A DNA stretch of 64,000 nt, taken from positions 50,036,001 to 50,100,000 of the forward strand of contig NC_087447.1 of the NCBI RefSeq assembly GCF_036321535.1, given 5' to 3'. Source of the stretch: Camelus dromedarius (Eukaryota). The notes below the pieces were generated by a model that ran no database searches, was not told where the DNA came from, and saw nothing but the letters and a program-made list of their open reading frames with translations. A program made the position numbers and the translations under genes. Positions 1 through 14,266 of this stretch are shown in pieces. The stretch's first letter is position 1, and each line of letters begins with the position of its first letter.

Positions 1-129
1 TTATTCTGAAAAGTGAAGCCTGGTCAAAAATAAATGAAAAGGAAAGTTTTATGGGAGTTATTTACTCTAAGATAGCTATTTCAGAAGGAACCTTGACAAG
101 TCATCTCGTTGCCTCTAGACAGGAACACA

Positions 130-420
130 CAAGGCATATGGGTATCTGTAGTGTTTTAAAAGACCTTGGGGGACCAGGCTTCTTCCATAACTCATTCCAG
201 AGTTTAAACACCCTCGCTTCAGGAAATTCTTCCCTATATTTAACTTACAAGCCCCCTTCTGCGGTTAACACCCATTTCCGCTTTTTTCTGTCTCCAGTCA
301 GGATGGAGAACAGCTGGCCAACATCCTTTGTGTGCTAACCCTCCATCAGTGAGAAGGTCACTTGGGTATCCCTAGGCTGCTTTTCTCAACCTCCAGCAAC
401 CAAGTCTTTGAGCCAAACTG
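130..420 (-). mobile_element. Ancient L3/CR1 LINE fragment in the last UVRAG intron
   Basis: 'cattccagagtttaaacaccctcgcttcaggaaattcttccctatatttaac...cccatttcc...ggatggagaacagctggcc' resembles the reverse complement of the CR1/L3 3' region as I recall it; boundaries approximate. Confidence 0.6.
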
Positions 421-609
421 AGATCTTTTTCTATTTTTATTTGTGTCTTATTTCCTTCTATTCATTCCTTTTGATTATAAAATAATATATGCTCAATGAA
501 GAAACATACAGAAGAGGGGGAAACAATAGCCCTATCATTCAGGGAGAGAAAGCACTGGTAAGTTAGTTTTCTACGTATGTCTTAATTAGTTGAGAGCGTA
601 TCATCTATA

Positions 610-895
610 CCAACACTGAAATATAGTCTGAATCACATATGTGTGCAGTAGAATTTTCTGGCAGCCACAATGAAAAAAATGTGAAGAGAAATAAGTAAAT
701 TAGTTTTAATGGATATATTTGATTTAATTCCAATAAATGACTAACTTATCAACATGTAATCAATATTTTTAATATTAATAAAGCATTTTACATTCCTATT
801 TTTATACTAAACCTTCTCAATCCAGTGTATATTTTATATTTAATAGCACATCTCAAATCCAGCTAGCCACGTTGCAGGTTCTCAGTATCCAAGCA
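610..895 (+). mobile_element. MER33 (hAT-Charlie) non-autonomous DNA transposon
   Basis: Diagnostic segments 'ttttctggcagccaca', 'tcaacatgtaatcaata', 'gtgtatattttatatttaatagcacatctcaaat', 'ctagccacgttgcaggttctcagta'. Confidence 0.75.
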
Positions 896-1419
896 CAATC
901 CATGCAGTTGTAGATACTGCTTTTTTGTATATCACCTCTTAAACCTTTTACCAGTGCCATTACAAACTTTTTTAGCATCATTTTAATGTCTGCGTAATGT
1001 TTCATCATTTAGATTTACTATGTCTTGAGAGTTTTGTTTTTCATGTTATAAGTAAACCTGCAGTGTTCTTTTTTTACTTTTTTTTTACATTAGCAGAATG
1101 TTTCTCAATACATTGCCAAAAGAAAAAAATATAAATTATTCCTTTGAGATACAACTGATTAAATCTACCTATTCATAGAACAAATATATTCACTTAGTAT
1201 GTACTGTGTGCTCAGTACTGCATTAGATTGGGAAGTGGAGGGATGGATTTCAAGAAATAGAAGACCAAGTCCCTCTCATATGTTCTTTACAAGACTTGCT
1301 CCTTAGTTGGACTGCACACATATTGTACTTTATTCTGCCTTAAATATCCTTCCTTTCATTTCTTACTCCCTGTGCTCCACAACCCCCGCCCTCCGCCCAC
1401 CTCTCCCCCCTGCCGCCAC

Positions 1420-1715
1420 ATACACACACCACACAGCCTGGTTGACTCCCTCTTATCCTTCAGGGCAACTATGATGAGTCCTCTAGATGACTGCCGGCTC
1501 CCTCCTCCAATATAATATACAAAATGTGTATTGTGTACAAAGCACCTTGGGGTTCTGGTTGTTGGCTAGCTCTCTGTCTTCTCTACTGGAGCAGAAACTC
1601 CTTATTGATAGAAACCTTATTTTATAAGCATCTTTATTCCCAGTGCTTAGCAGACGGCCAGGTGGTGAATGTGGATTTCGATAATGTCTCCTGAAATGTG
1701 TGTTGAAGTACAAAT
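1420..1715 (+). mobile_element. L2 LINE 3' fragment
   Basis: 'catctttattcccagtgcttagcagacggcc...aaatgtgtgttgaa' resembles an L2 3' end. Confidence 0.5.
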
Positions 1716-2204
1716 GATCATATTAAGCATCAGTTGGTTGGTATGATCACAAGTACTGTTCAAAGAGTTCAGAGTTCGAAGAGATCACTTTCGGTTGGCA
1801 TGATTGAAGAAAGCTTTAATGAAGGAGGTAGGACTTGAACTGAGCTTTGGAAGATAGCCTACTTAAATGAATGGAAGGAGGGAATTAACAGAATTATATA
1901 TCCTGTAGTAAGAAGGCAGTGTTTTTCAGGAAGGATTCTTTAGCATGTGCTCTGTCAGCAGAGAAGTATCCTTCTAGATCTAAAACACTGTACTAAGTTT
2001 CAAGAAGGCTGTAGAGATAGAGTCTTTGCCTGTCAAAAACCGTCAGGGGTTTACAGCATTAGAAATGACCACTGGCTGCTTCAGGGTGACCTTTGAGTTT
2101 AAGCTCAAGTTAGATAGAATTCCCAGTGTTTCAACTTTGGGGTTGTTAAAGATCATTCTTCTGCTAGTGGATAACTATAAATATAATAATAAGTAATGTC
2201 ATTC

Positions 2205-2450
2205 ATTACAGCTAATATCGAATGACTGTCACTGCAAACCAGGCACTCTTCCAGAGCATCTTGAGTGTCTTATTTAGTTAATTCATTTAATCCTCACAAC
2301 CACCTTGTGAATTCGGACCCATTATCCTCTCTCATCTTACAAATGAAGAAACTGAGGCCCAGAGAGTTTAAAAGAACTTAAAGGTAACACAGCTATCAAG
2401 TGAAGGCTCTAAGATTTGATCCCCTACTTTAACTGTTACTCAGTACAACC
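2205..2450 (-). mobile_element. MIR SINE
   Basis: MIR core reverse complement 'tttaatcctcacaaccaccttgtg...cttacaaatgaagaaactgaggcccagagag...aaggtaacacagcta'. Confidence 0.8.
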
Positions 2451-2539
2451 TCTCATAATGTTCAGAATGAAAGTTTTATACAAGGAATCATTTAGCATCT
2501 TGTGGTTCCAAAAAAGGAATCCTATTATTATAACCCTCT

Positions 2540-3740
2540 CCTAGTTCTCTTCACTCCTCCCTGACTGCTCCTTAGCTCATTTGCAGTCTCCTCTTTTTCT
2601 GCCTCATCATAAAAGACCAGGGCTCCTCAAGGGTCAGTCCTAGGCCCTCTTTTCTCTGACTTTATTCTTCATCTAAGGTGATCTTATCTACAACCATCAT
2701 TTTAATTATCATTCACATTGAAGTGAAGCACAGTTGTAAATCTCCAGCCCAGATCTCTTGTCTGATATCAGATCTCTATGCAAATTGCCCCCTGGACAAT
2801 TTCGCGGCAAATTCTATATACCCATGTGTTTTTCCTTCCTGTCTCCACCCCAACCACCAGAAGCCTCATGGTCTTCCAGGGCTTTGTTTTCACACTGGCC
2901 AGGAAGCCAGGCATAATTCTTGGCTCCTCCCTTTCCCTTTCCCGCCTATTCAACCTTAGCAGCCTCTGCTGATTTACCGTAGTATGTCTACGTGTCTATA
3001 TCTATGCGTTCCCACTCTGGTCCAGGCCTCCATCATCTCTCACCTCTACTACAGCACAGCCTGTTCCCCCAGTGCCCACTCTGGACCCCTCCAGTCTGTT
3101 CTCCAGCTTCAGCTGAAGTGTACTTGTCCAAAACTACAAATCAATCAATCCGTCTGTCTCTCACTTTCTTTCTCTCCCCACCCCTCTTCTCTCTTTCTCT
3201 CTCTCTCTCTCTCACACACACACGCGCGCGCACGCACATACCCCTCTGACCTAAAACACTATAATGACTTAAATAGAAAGAAAAATTCTAAACATGGCCT
3301 CTGGGCTTCTGCATGGTCTAGACTTTGTTCTCCTCTCCAGCTTTATCTTACACCATGCTGCTCTTCACTTGGTGACCTTTAGGGTCCTCAGGCGTTGTTC
3401 TGTCTCTTGACACATGCTGTTCCTTTTGCCTGGAAGATGCTCTCACCCACCACCCCACTCTTCACCTGCTGAAGAATTCTTCTAGCCCTTCGAGTCTTGG
3501 CCTCTTCTGGGTCAGTGGTGTTACACGCGCTCTTAGCCCATGACCTCTCCTGCGTAGCGGGTGTCAGAGGTTGTCATTTTACTTTTATGTCTGTAATTTT
3601 GTGACAGATGTCTGTCCTCTCCTGTTATACTATGAGCTCCACAAAAGCAGGAGCCGTGGCTTTTTTTCAATGAGTGTACCCCCAGAGTCTAAGTGTACAG
3701 AGCCTTGTGTGTAGCAGACACAGTATATAGTTGAATGAGG
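2540..3740 (+). mobile_element. Long L2 (L2a-like) 3' fragment
   Basis: 'ctcctcaagggtcagtcctaggccctctt', 'tctccagcccagatctc', 'ctggtccaggcctccatcatctctcacct', 'gctgttccttttgcctggaagatgctct', 'tatgagctccacaaaagcagga', ending 'gttgaatga'. Confidence 0.75.
3196..3241. repeat. Compound microsatellite (CT)n-(CA)n-(CG)n-(CA)
   Basis: Read directly: tctctctctctctctctcacacacacacgcgcgcgcacgcacatac. Confidence 0.95.
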
Positions 3741-6149
3741 GAGCAAATCATTTACTGTGTTAATATGCCCTGGCAACACACACACAGTGTTGTGCTGCAC
3801 CTCTTCTAGTACGGAGGACTACAAAAGATAAGGTTCCCAAGACATTGTCCCTAGGGCCCCACAGTCTCTTACTAAGCTGCTAAGCGGTGATTAAGTGATG
3901 GCTCACTGTAATGCAGGCGTTTCTTCTGAGGGCCTCCAGTGTCTCTGAAAGTGGTGGCAGAGCTATCCAGTTTTCTTTTAAAATAACAAACAGCTAAAGC
4001 TCCATGATTCGGTTCATGTCAGAGCTTACTCAGAACATGATGGTAGTTCAGCTTTCGCAGTGTCTTTCAAAGACTTAATTTCACAGAGTCTGTCATTGGC
4101 CTCTGGAGTCTAAAGCTTCCTTTAGCTCTTTCTGCAAATCTACTTTTAAATTCTGACCAGAGTTTTGATTTCCCTATCAAGTTCTTTCTGGAGCTGGGCA
4201 CTGTGACATTGCTATTTCTCTGGTTTCCCTGGCAAAGGTAGATTTTTTTTTCTGGTTTTCAGAGTAAATACTTTATTACTCCCATGTTGTAACTGCTGTC
4301 CAGATCCTCCGGAGTCCTGAGGCATCAGCCCTGGCATCTCTTTGTGTTTCTACAGACCATGTTACAGCCCTCATAATGCGCATTGCCTTGCCTGACTGTG
4401 ATTTCAGTATTCTTCAAGTGAAAGCTGATGGGTGAGGTGGTTGACCTGACAGCTCCGGGGACCTCTCTGTCCCCCTGGAGGATCACTCTTGATTCCCTGA
4501 TCCCCAGGAACTCAGCCTTGAGACCAAGCTGGCTTCCCGATGGGCTCGGGCTGTGGGCAACCCCTTCAGCCTCTGTTCACTGGCCTGAGCTGGGACCTCT
4601 CTTTCCCAAGCTGGGCCCTGTCATCCAGGAGCATGGAGGCCTGATGGCCAGGCCCTCATGGCCCATAGCCTGGGGAAATGGGTTTCTTCAGCTTGCTCGT
4701 TTTATCCTTTGCCTGTGGAACTTTCTCTTTCACAAATTCGTCTTTCCATCAGTACTTGGTTTAAATGAAGTCTAAAGGCTCCCTTGTTCAGTTATACCTT
4801 TTTAAACTGTTTGTATTTAGTAAGACTTCGGCAGGAAATCTTCCAAGCTGAGCCCAGGGGAGAAGTGACCACTGGCACGGATTTTAGCCTGTGCTTTGGT
4901 CCAAGATTGTTTCTATTTCTATTTTGTTTCTTGTTTTTGTTAACATCCGGGCCAAAGATTAAGCACTTTCACTTATCTGTAATGGGGAGAGGCCTGTAGA
5001 TTGCTTGCCTGTGGCCAAGAGACTGCATGCTTAAAACTATTAACCTCCAGCCACCTCCGGGGAGATAAGATCTGGCTGTTAAATTTGGCTTTCCCGAAAG
5101 GAGGCCCTGTGCTTCTGCTTGATCTGAGAGAGAAAAGGGAGAAAGATAAATCCCAGCCTTTGCTGGGTTTTGAAAAAAGATAGTAGCCTAATTTATGGAG
5201 TTTTTTTTTTTTTTAAACTAACTTTATGTCATAATTTCTTAGCTGCCAAAAGACGTAATTCTACCTCACCTCAGCTTCGCCTTGGCAACCTGCTTTTGGC
5301 ACTCTACGCAGCCCTGTCGTTGCTCTGCATTATTTAAGCAGTAATCTTTAAGAAGGTGAGAAACTATTATTGCTTTTTAGCACAGTTGACATGCTGTTGG
5401 CGCAGAGAAGTACCTAGAGCTTCAAACATTTCTAATGGCTGTAAACCAACTTAAACACCTCCGTGTAGACGTCCCACTGCCATGAGGTCATAGCTTGCTA
5501 CAAAGGGGAGAAAGAAGAAGATCAAATGTTATTTAAAAGTGTAGGGGTTTTTTTCTTCTTTTTAAGTATTCTTATTCCACCGAGTTGTAGCTGTACATGT
5601 TGGCTAGATTCCAGGCAATCAAGATTTAGCATTTTGACCAGCTGTGATCTAGTAATGTTCCTCAGAGGAAACATTTCGTAGGAGGGAAAGACACGTATTT
5701 GAGACTGTGACTTATACTCTTTCCTAATACTTTACAGTGTGAGACCTGGTCGTAGACAGATAAAACAGGCACAAGTGAATCTGAAAGGGAATTGGGGTGG
5801 GGGGGACTTCAGAGAGCTAAATATTCACCCCAGCTTCAAGAACTCTCTTGATGCGGGAAATCTTTTCATTTTCCCTTTATTTCTTTTTTCCCTAAGTCTC
5901 CCCATGCATATCATTTCATGGCATAATTGCTACTTAGAATGTATCAGCAAGTCCTAGGAGGTTAAAAAAAAAAAAAAAGCCATGCAAACTTAATGTAGGC
6001 AAGACGAGAAGGAAAAGATATGTAGCACCTTGACCTAAAAAATATTCTGATTCTCACTCCTCCCTGAAATAGAAGTAGAGATCAAATGTAAGTGTTCTGG
6101 TGGCAAGTCCTGGGGATTGGGAGAGAGAAGGAAACGCACATTTATTTAG

Positions 6150-6490
6150 TTAGACTGCCTTTGTCAAATCACAGTTAGTTGCTTTGTGATGTTGGGCAAG
6201 TTACCTAATCTCTGTGCCTCAGTTGCTTCTGTAAAATGAGTGTGATTTTCTCAACACTGCATAGAGAGGTGAGGATTAGGTGAGACCCTGTATAAAGCTA
6301 TGTGCAAGGTACTTACTCCATTACACTTCATAAATGTTAGTTGCTGTTGTTTTATTATTGATAGTGTATGGAGTACCTACTCGTTGTACTAAGAATGTTA
6401 CTTGTGTATCTCATTTAATCCTAACTGCAACAACTGACAGGTGGATACACCCAGGAAAGGAAACATCGGTTCAGAGCAGTGAAGTGCTTC
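6150..6490. mobile_element. Pair of oppositely oriented MIR fragments
   Basis: 'tgtgatgttgggcaagttacctaatctctgtgcctcagttgcttctgtaaaatga' (+) followed by 'tctcatttaatcctaactgcaac...aaggaaacatcggttcagagcagtgaag' (-). Confidence 0.7.
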
Positions 6491-9400
6491 ACCAGTCTCC
6501 GTACTTTATACGGCCGAGCTCCACGTGGAGGTCTGGAGTATTACATACACGAGAGTTGAAACGGGAACACATTTTGGACGAGTGCTTTCTTACCTTGTTT
6601 CCCTCTCCCAATTCCTTCTCTGTAAAAAGAAGCTATAGCTTCAGACAATAAAACCAACAGACAGGGAAGAAGAGGGGAGGTGGTGGAGGCAAGGACAGTG
6701 CAGTGGAATGATCTGGCTCTGCTGGCTCCCAGGATGACTCTGCGGCACAGCACTGGTCTACTGGCTGTAGAAGGGCTGAACTGGGTCCTCCTTGTTTAGG
6801 TTGGGCAAACAGAGAAGTCCTCCCTCTTATGAAAATTACCTCTCCCTGAAGCTAAATTCTACCAAAAAATGATACATCAGAGGTTTGGGGACAATTGGAA
6901 TGTACCTCAAAGGATTCTGGGACGTTCTTGTAGTTTCTAAGCATTTGGTCAGTCTTGTAAATAGAAGCGGTCAAGCATTTCCACTTTATTCAAAGCCTTC
7001 CCCACCCCATGTCCTCAGGAAAAAAGAGAAAAACTGGAATGAAGCCTCACATTGGGCAGAATAAATCTTTTGATTTAGTACTTTCTCTCCCAAACTCTTT
7101 TGCACTTGCCTTAACTCCTTATCTGCTTCTTGCGGGTTGGCTCCCTGCGGTGCAGAAGTGGAGATGGGGTGGGTGGGAAGAGTTCTGAGTTTGTTCCTGC
7201 TCTGAACAGGAGAAAATGAAGGAGATCTAGATTCTGGCTTTTGTCTGCTGTTACCCCATGTTTCTGTCCAAGACATTAATGTCTTTGTGCCTCAGTTACC
7301 TCTTCTGTAAAATAAGGCTCATACTTCTGGAATCCAAAGCCCGTGGAAGCAAATAATAACGCCAGCAGCCAGCAGCTACTGCTGCCATCAGTATGTATGC
7401 CAGGCATCCTGCCAAAGATTTGAAGTGTGTTATTTTATTTAATCCTTACCACTGTCCAATGATCTCTTTTATGAAGAAGAAAATTAGAGCAGAGAGAAGA
7501 TAACTGACTGCCTCTAACTAGTAAGTGGTGAGTTCGACCTTGAGTTATGACTACAGGTAGACAGGATGGTGGTGGCAGATCCAGGAGCAGAGTCCAAGTC
7601 TTTGGGCATCTTTTCTCATTACCATCGCTAGCTCCAGACACAGCTGAAGAGATAACAAAAGGAAATGACTGCAGTCAATAAGGACTCACAGAATGATAAA
7701 GAAATGAATCACCTTAATTTAGAGAGATCAGGTAACACTTGATCCAAAAAGCCAAAATTTAAACCAGACCGTCCTCCTTGACCTCTGAACTCCAAACCAC
7801 TTGGCTTCTCCCTCATCGTGCTGTTGTTTGTGATCCTGGGATATCCTTTTTTACTTGTAGCAGAAGGCTTATTATTAAGTAATTTAACAGTCCCCGATGT
7901 GGTTCAGTTATTCAGCAAGCTATGTCCTGTTTCACTAAACCATGGCCTAGTAAATTTGCAATAACAATATCTCTGGGTTGTTGTTTTTTAATAAACTCCG
8001 TTTAATTGCAGTGTTAAACCTCAGATGTCATGTTTCCAGTTTGGACCTAAGCCAAGCTGGGAGAGACAGCCAGTCGAGGCAGACAGTTGATGAGGATAAT
8101 GTGTGCGGGGAACTGAGGAATTCAGTCCAGTGGCCAAGCCTCAGGCTCTGCACCCCCAAATCTACAGCCTTAAAACGTAGGGACCCTTGGCTGGAGTGGA
8201 GGATAAAGAAATGCTGCCACGTTTCCTGCTGCACCCACTCCCCAGAGCGCTCAGGTTCACTCTGGTGGTTTCCAAGAGTAAAAATTCCCTATGATATTTA
8301 TTACAACTTAAATTCTGTACTGATTTCATTTGACAAGTAAATTGTCAACCTCCTTTAAAAAAACTGGTCTTAAAATTAGTAAATCTAAGTGTTTTCAACC
8401 TCTTCTTCCACCTAGATAAAATAATTATGAAGCCAGTCTAATCAGATAGAAAGAATCTTGAAACCTTCTGGGCATTTTTTTTTAATCTGTCATTTGCCTT
8501 TTAAATTGCTACCTTTCTCTTTTTTTTTTTTTTTTCGTGAATAATGAACCTTCTATTAAATATAAAAATCATAACTATTTTTTGAAAATCTACGAATTGT
8601 ATTTTTATACAGATACTCATAGTAGTTTATTTTTAATAGTAAAATTTTAGAAATATTCTATATCCACAAAAATAAGAAAATGATTAAGTAAACTATGATA
8701 TTCCATTCAATGGAGTAGCCATTAAGAATTGTTTACCAAGAGCTCTTAATAACATCCAACAGCAAGATTCAGAATTGTATACATATACTACAAACACAAC
8801 TTTCATCTTGTTTTTAGTTTGTTTTGGTCTTTTTTTTTTTTTTAAATTAAACACACATATAAAAAAAAAAATCAAAGTCTGAAAGAAAAATATCCAAAAT
8901 TAATAGTGGTTACTTGATGGATAATAGGTGTGTGAGTGAGTGCTTTTTATTTTTTAATATGGTTCTCTTTTTTTTTTTTTTTAGTTTTCCAGGGACTATA
9001 AATTATTATAATACTGAAAAATGCATGTGTGTTTGTATATGTCTTAATATAATCACTCAACACTTCAGCTGTTTAGTGCTCAGCTATCTTAAAAATTTGG
9101 AACATTGCTAAGTTCCTGGAAGTAATAAAAAAAAAAATTAATTCTGAGCAGCCAAAATAATGTTACAAAACTCATATAATAATGCACATTATGTCCAGGA
9201 TATCTACTGGTCCATCATTCAAATCCTATTTGCTCTTGCTCTGCACACAATTCTCAAGACATCTACTTTACAAGAACAGCATATTAGAAGCAAACGTCAA
9301 AAAAGGAAAAGCTGTTGCAGGCAAGAACGCTGACTCGGCTGCACCTGACAGCCTGACAGTGAGAGAGGACGCAGAAAAGCCCCAGCGTAGACTTCAGGAC

Positions 9401-12347
9401 TCACCCTCAGAAACATGCCACTGAGAGGCCCATCATCGTTCCACCGTGTCATTAGACACGTTCATACTGAAGGCCCAAAGTTACCAGAAAATTCCTTTTT
9501 TGTTCACCTTACTGCTTTTAAGATAAGAAAGACTTTAATACACAGGTTTGAAAGATTTCATGGCACATGGCTGCAAATGGGAAGACAGTGTGTGATTATA
9601 GGGTAAACTTTAGATCTGTGGACTTCCTTACCACCTGTCCATAATAACTCATTTTCTTACCATTCTTCAGAGGGAGCGTTTTACTGTTACTTGCATTTTC
9701 TAAATTGTATTTGATACTATCATTATTACCTGGGTTCTCATAAAAATCCAAGGGAACTGGAAAAGAATATCCCAAAACCGGGACGTCAGAAAATGCCAAG
9801 GTCTCCACCTTGCAAAGCCTTTGAATCCATCCACCAGAATAGGAGCTTAGCTGTATGTTGGGCAGGTTAAAAGAGAAGGCCTATACAATGGCATTTAGCT
9901 TGATGTCTGACGTATCATTGGCACTTAGCAAATGCTGGTTGAATCGGATTATGATTTTCCCACATGGGATGCAACTGACCACATCTCTGGAGTCAGACCA
10001 AATCTAGTTCAGATGCAGGTTCTGCAGCCTTGAACAAATCACATACCCCACCCACCTGCCTACTTTTTTCACAGGGTAAATGTGAGAGTTCAACATTACT
10101 GATGCTCAAGAAAATGGTAGTTCCCTACCCATTATGCTGGGGCGGTGGGGAGGTCACACTTGATTACTTTTCTGTTGGGCAGAGTTGAAGCGAGCTTCCA
10201 GGGAATCTGAGTCACAGAGGGCTCCAGAACCCCTTTCCCCGTGTCACAGCACTACTCCTTGTGCTCTGGCCTGTTCCTCAGGCCCAATTTTATCAGCCCA
10301 CCTGGAGTCCAGGAGAGAGAAGCAGAGTAGGGTCCCCCAGGGTGGGAGGCTGGGTGGCAGCAGGGAGGGTGTCAGATCATTCACCCTTCATAGCCAGGAG
10401 AGGTTAAGCACCCGGCCTGTGATCGCATGCCAGCAACGTCACCTTCAGTGTTCCAGGTGGGTTCATCTGGGGCTTCCCACCCCTCCTGGGCTGGGATGGC
10501 AACTGAAGGCTTGGCCTGTCTGCCCAGAGTAGTCTGTCTGTGGGTGGTGCCGATGCTCTGTTTTGGTTTGGTTACCTTGGCCCCTTGCAAAGTCATGTAG
10601 AGAGGGACACTGTCAGCAAGTAGCAGAACGAAAACGACAAGGTTGGCAGAAATTTGCAGCTCACCCAATTACTGAGAGTTTTGACAACACATTAACTGAA
10701 GACCTAGATTAAAGCCAGCAGATTTTACCCTATTTTGTTTTATTTTTCTTTAGAACTGAAAACAGTAATTTACTAGTCTACTTGCCTGGTTGTATATGCA
10801 CCCCCATGACCACCCCTAATTATGAAATCTCTTTTGGCACCAACATTTACAGCCAAGCAAGGGAGTCTGATGGGCCCATGGATTAGAAGAAGCCTTGTGG
10901 TTGCCTTTTCTCAAGAAGAATAACCTTTGCTTAGAGCGCAGGGATAATCCAGCCTCAGAAAACATCTGAGAGAAGAGGGGGCGGGAAGCTGGTTTATGGG
11001 CTTGTGGCTGTGGACACGGGTAGAGGGAACCCTAGGTCCTTTCTTCCTTTTCAGGATACATGTAATGACCATATTTGAAAATGTATTATTTCAGTAATTG
11101 TGAATGTCTTTCTCCTGCAAGATTGGAAGCTCCTCAGAGGCAGGGCCTGCTCGGTCTTGCCTCTGTTTCCCCTGCCCAAGGCCTGGCACTTGTAGTAGCT
11201 TTTTGTCTGGTGGGTATGGTTTCAAGTCTGACCTCTGCTCCTGCCTGGTAGTTGCCTTTTTGTGAGCCACTTTTCTGCATGTGTTCCCTCATCTGAGGAG
11301 CACAAGTCAGATGGGTCTTGTGTTTGCATCGCCCTTTGTCTCTGGACCCAATCTGTTAATATAACTGTGTTGAAGCTGACTAGCTTCATCCAAGTACTGT
11401 GTGTAGGACTGTGATCAGTACCCCAGGGGTGGCCTAACAAGCACAGTGTGTAACATGACCATCATCTGCAGGCCTGGGTACTGTATTTCCATTAACTAAT
11501 TATTATTTATTATCTAAGACTTAAGAACAATAATATATGCCCTGCTTTCTCAACAAGGTTTTTGGGAGGACCAAGTGAAATGATGCATATGGAGTTACTT
11601 CAGAAACTAGCATGCTTTGTAGAGCCGAACAGTGATTATTCTTGCTGACCCAAAAGTATCTTCCTGAGAAGTAACTCAAGTTTGCAAGAAGATACTGAAG
11701 ACCAGGCACTGTAGACCAAACATGTGTGTGACTAGCCTTACAAAGGAGAATTCATTTCCCAAGTTAATTTTTCATTTAAAGAAATACACACACATACACA
11801 CAAAATCTCTTTGGTCCTCTCTCTGCCAGTTGTCTCATGCAAGGTGATTAGCATTCGGGTATTGGAAAAGTTATGGATCACTGAGCCATGTGTCATGGGT
11901 TTTAGTCCAGCCTTGATACTACCTCAGAGGTTATCGTGGGCAAGTCATTCAACTTCACCGCCAAATGAGGATATCTGCATTACGAAGATAAAATAAGACC
12001 TGAATATTAAAAGCAAGAATAAGAATACTGGTAGCCCTTCAGACATATGAAGTTGATCACATCCTCATATATTTTTCTTCCCAGATCCAGTCCCTCCCAT
12101 TGCCTCAACTCCTCTGCATATGACCTGGTCTCTATCCCCGCTCCTACCCTTGGCATTTCCCTCTGTATATTTCAGTATGTCTTGTATCCATCTTGAAAGG
12201 AGCTCCCAAAGTTGATCTCAGAATACTTTACATTGTTTCTTGCATTTGGACACTACAATTAATACTAAAATTGAGTAGTAGCAATTTGTATCATCTCAGA
12301 CCTAAATACGTTGCTTCCTGTCTCTGGTTCCAGAAGGCTTAAGCTGA

Positions 12348-13094
<747 letters not shown>

Positions 13095-14260
13095 GGTGAG
13101 CAGACAGACCAGAGGACCAGGATCAAGTCGCCACCTAAAAGGAGGATGAAGCTGCACTGGTTACCCTTTGTGATAATTATGACAAAACGAATATTAATGG
13201 AGGATATTCCTCGGAAAAAAACAGGCTTTGTGAATCGAGAAGGGACTCAGGATCATTGCGTTTCAGCGGGCCAGACAAAGTTAGATTTTGCTTGCAAGGT
13301 TTGCTTTTCAGGCCTGACAATTGTCTTAAGACAAAAGTCATTCTCTAGCTCGAGTCACCTTAAAGGTATTAGTCTGCTTTTTTATTTACACTTCTATGTT
13401 ATCCTCAGAGGGAAGATGATAATATATAAGTAATATAATGAACTCGCCTTTAGTTTCTCATAAGCATTTGCCCTTACCATAGTTTATGAAACTTTGGGAA
13501 AATTGAATATTCAGTAAAAGGTTTCCACCATGTACTGAAGGATCTTTGGCCATCCATTAGGTTGATGAATAAGAAGCACAGCGGTCTCCTTACACCCAGG
13601 CCCGTCTGCCCCTGCCCTGCCCCCCAGCTCCACAGTCAACCTGTCTGTTGCCCCATCTTCACAGTAGGTGCGTTGTGCATTCTCACAACTGAGAACATCA
13701 GATTCATTGGTTCTTTAATGGGGTCGCCAGGACCTTCCGCCTCTTCTAGTCATCTATACCCTTGATGCAGCCCTCAGATTATATGAAAAACCTCACCTCT
13801 GGTGGATCCCGAGGTTATAAGAGACAGATGGCATCCAGTTCCCTTTGGGGGCCGAAGTTTTTATGTGGGCAGATACTATGGTCAAAAACTGGACGTGCTT
13901 TCTGGCAATGCACTCACCATATAGAAATCCCTATATGTAACTCCCATGTTAATTTATTAAATTTCGGTTGGAAAGGAAGACATTGTGTATGATGAAATAT
14001 ATGTAGAGAGTCAGGCTGTCCAGAGTGCAAACTGCAAGGCAGTTGAGGTAGTTGGATTAGGAGACTAGATGAGGCATAGAATACTGTTGGTCTGTGTGCA
14101 ATTGCGTAAGTATTAAATTATGTTTTTGAAGTCCAATTTCATTCCTGGAGCTCAGATTTCATTTGCTATTGCTATATACTTTATATACCCAAGGACATCA
14201 CCTCAGGGTTGCAAGCTCTTTAAGGAAACTTTATGCATATATCCATGTATTGTATAGAAG

Positions 14261-14266
14261 AATAAA
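14261..14266 (+). terminator. Candidate proximal polyadenylation signal of UVRAG
   Basis: AATAAA preceded by two TGTA (CFIm-type) motifs at 14246 and 14251, followed by a T-rich tract near 14293-14300. Confidence 0.6.
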
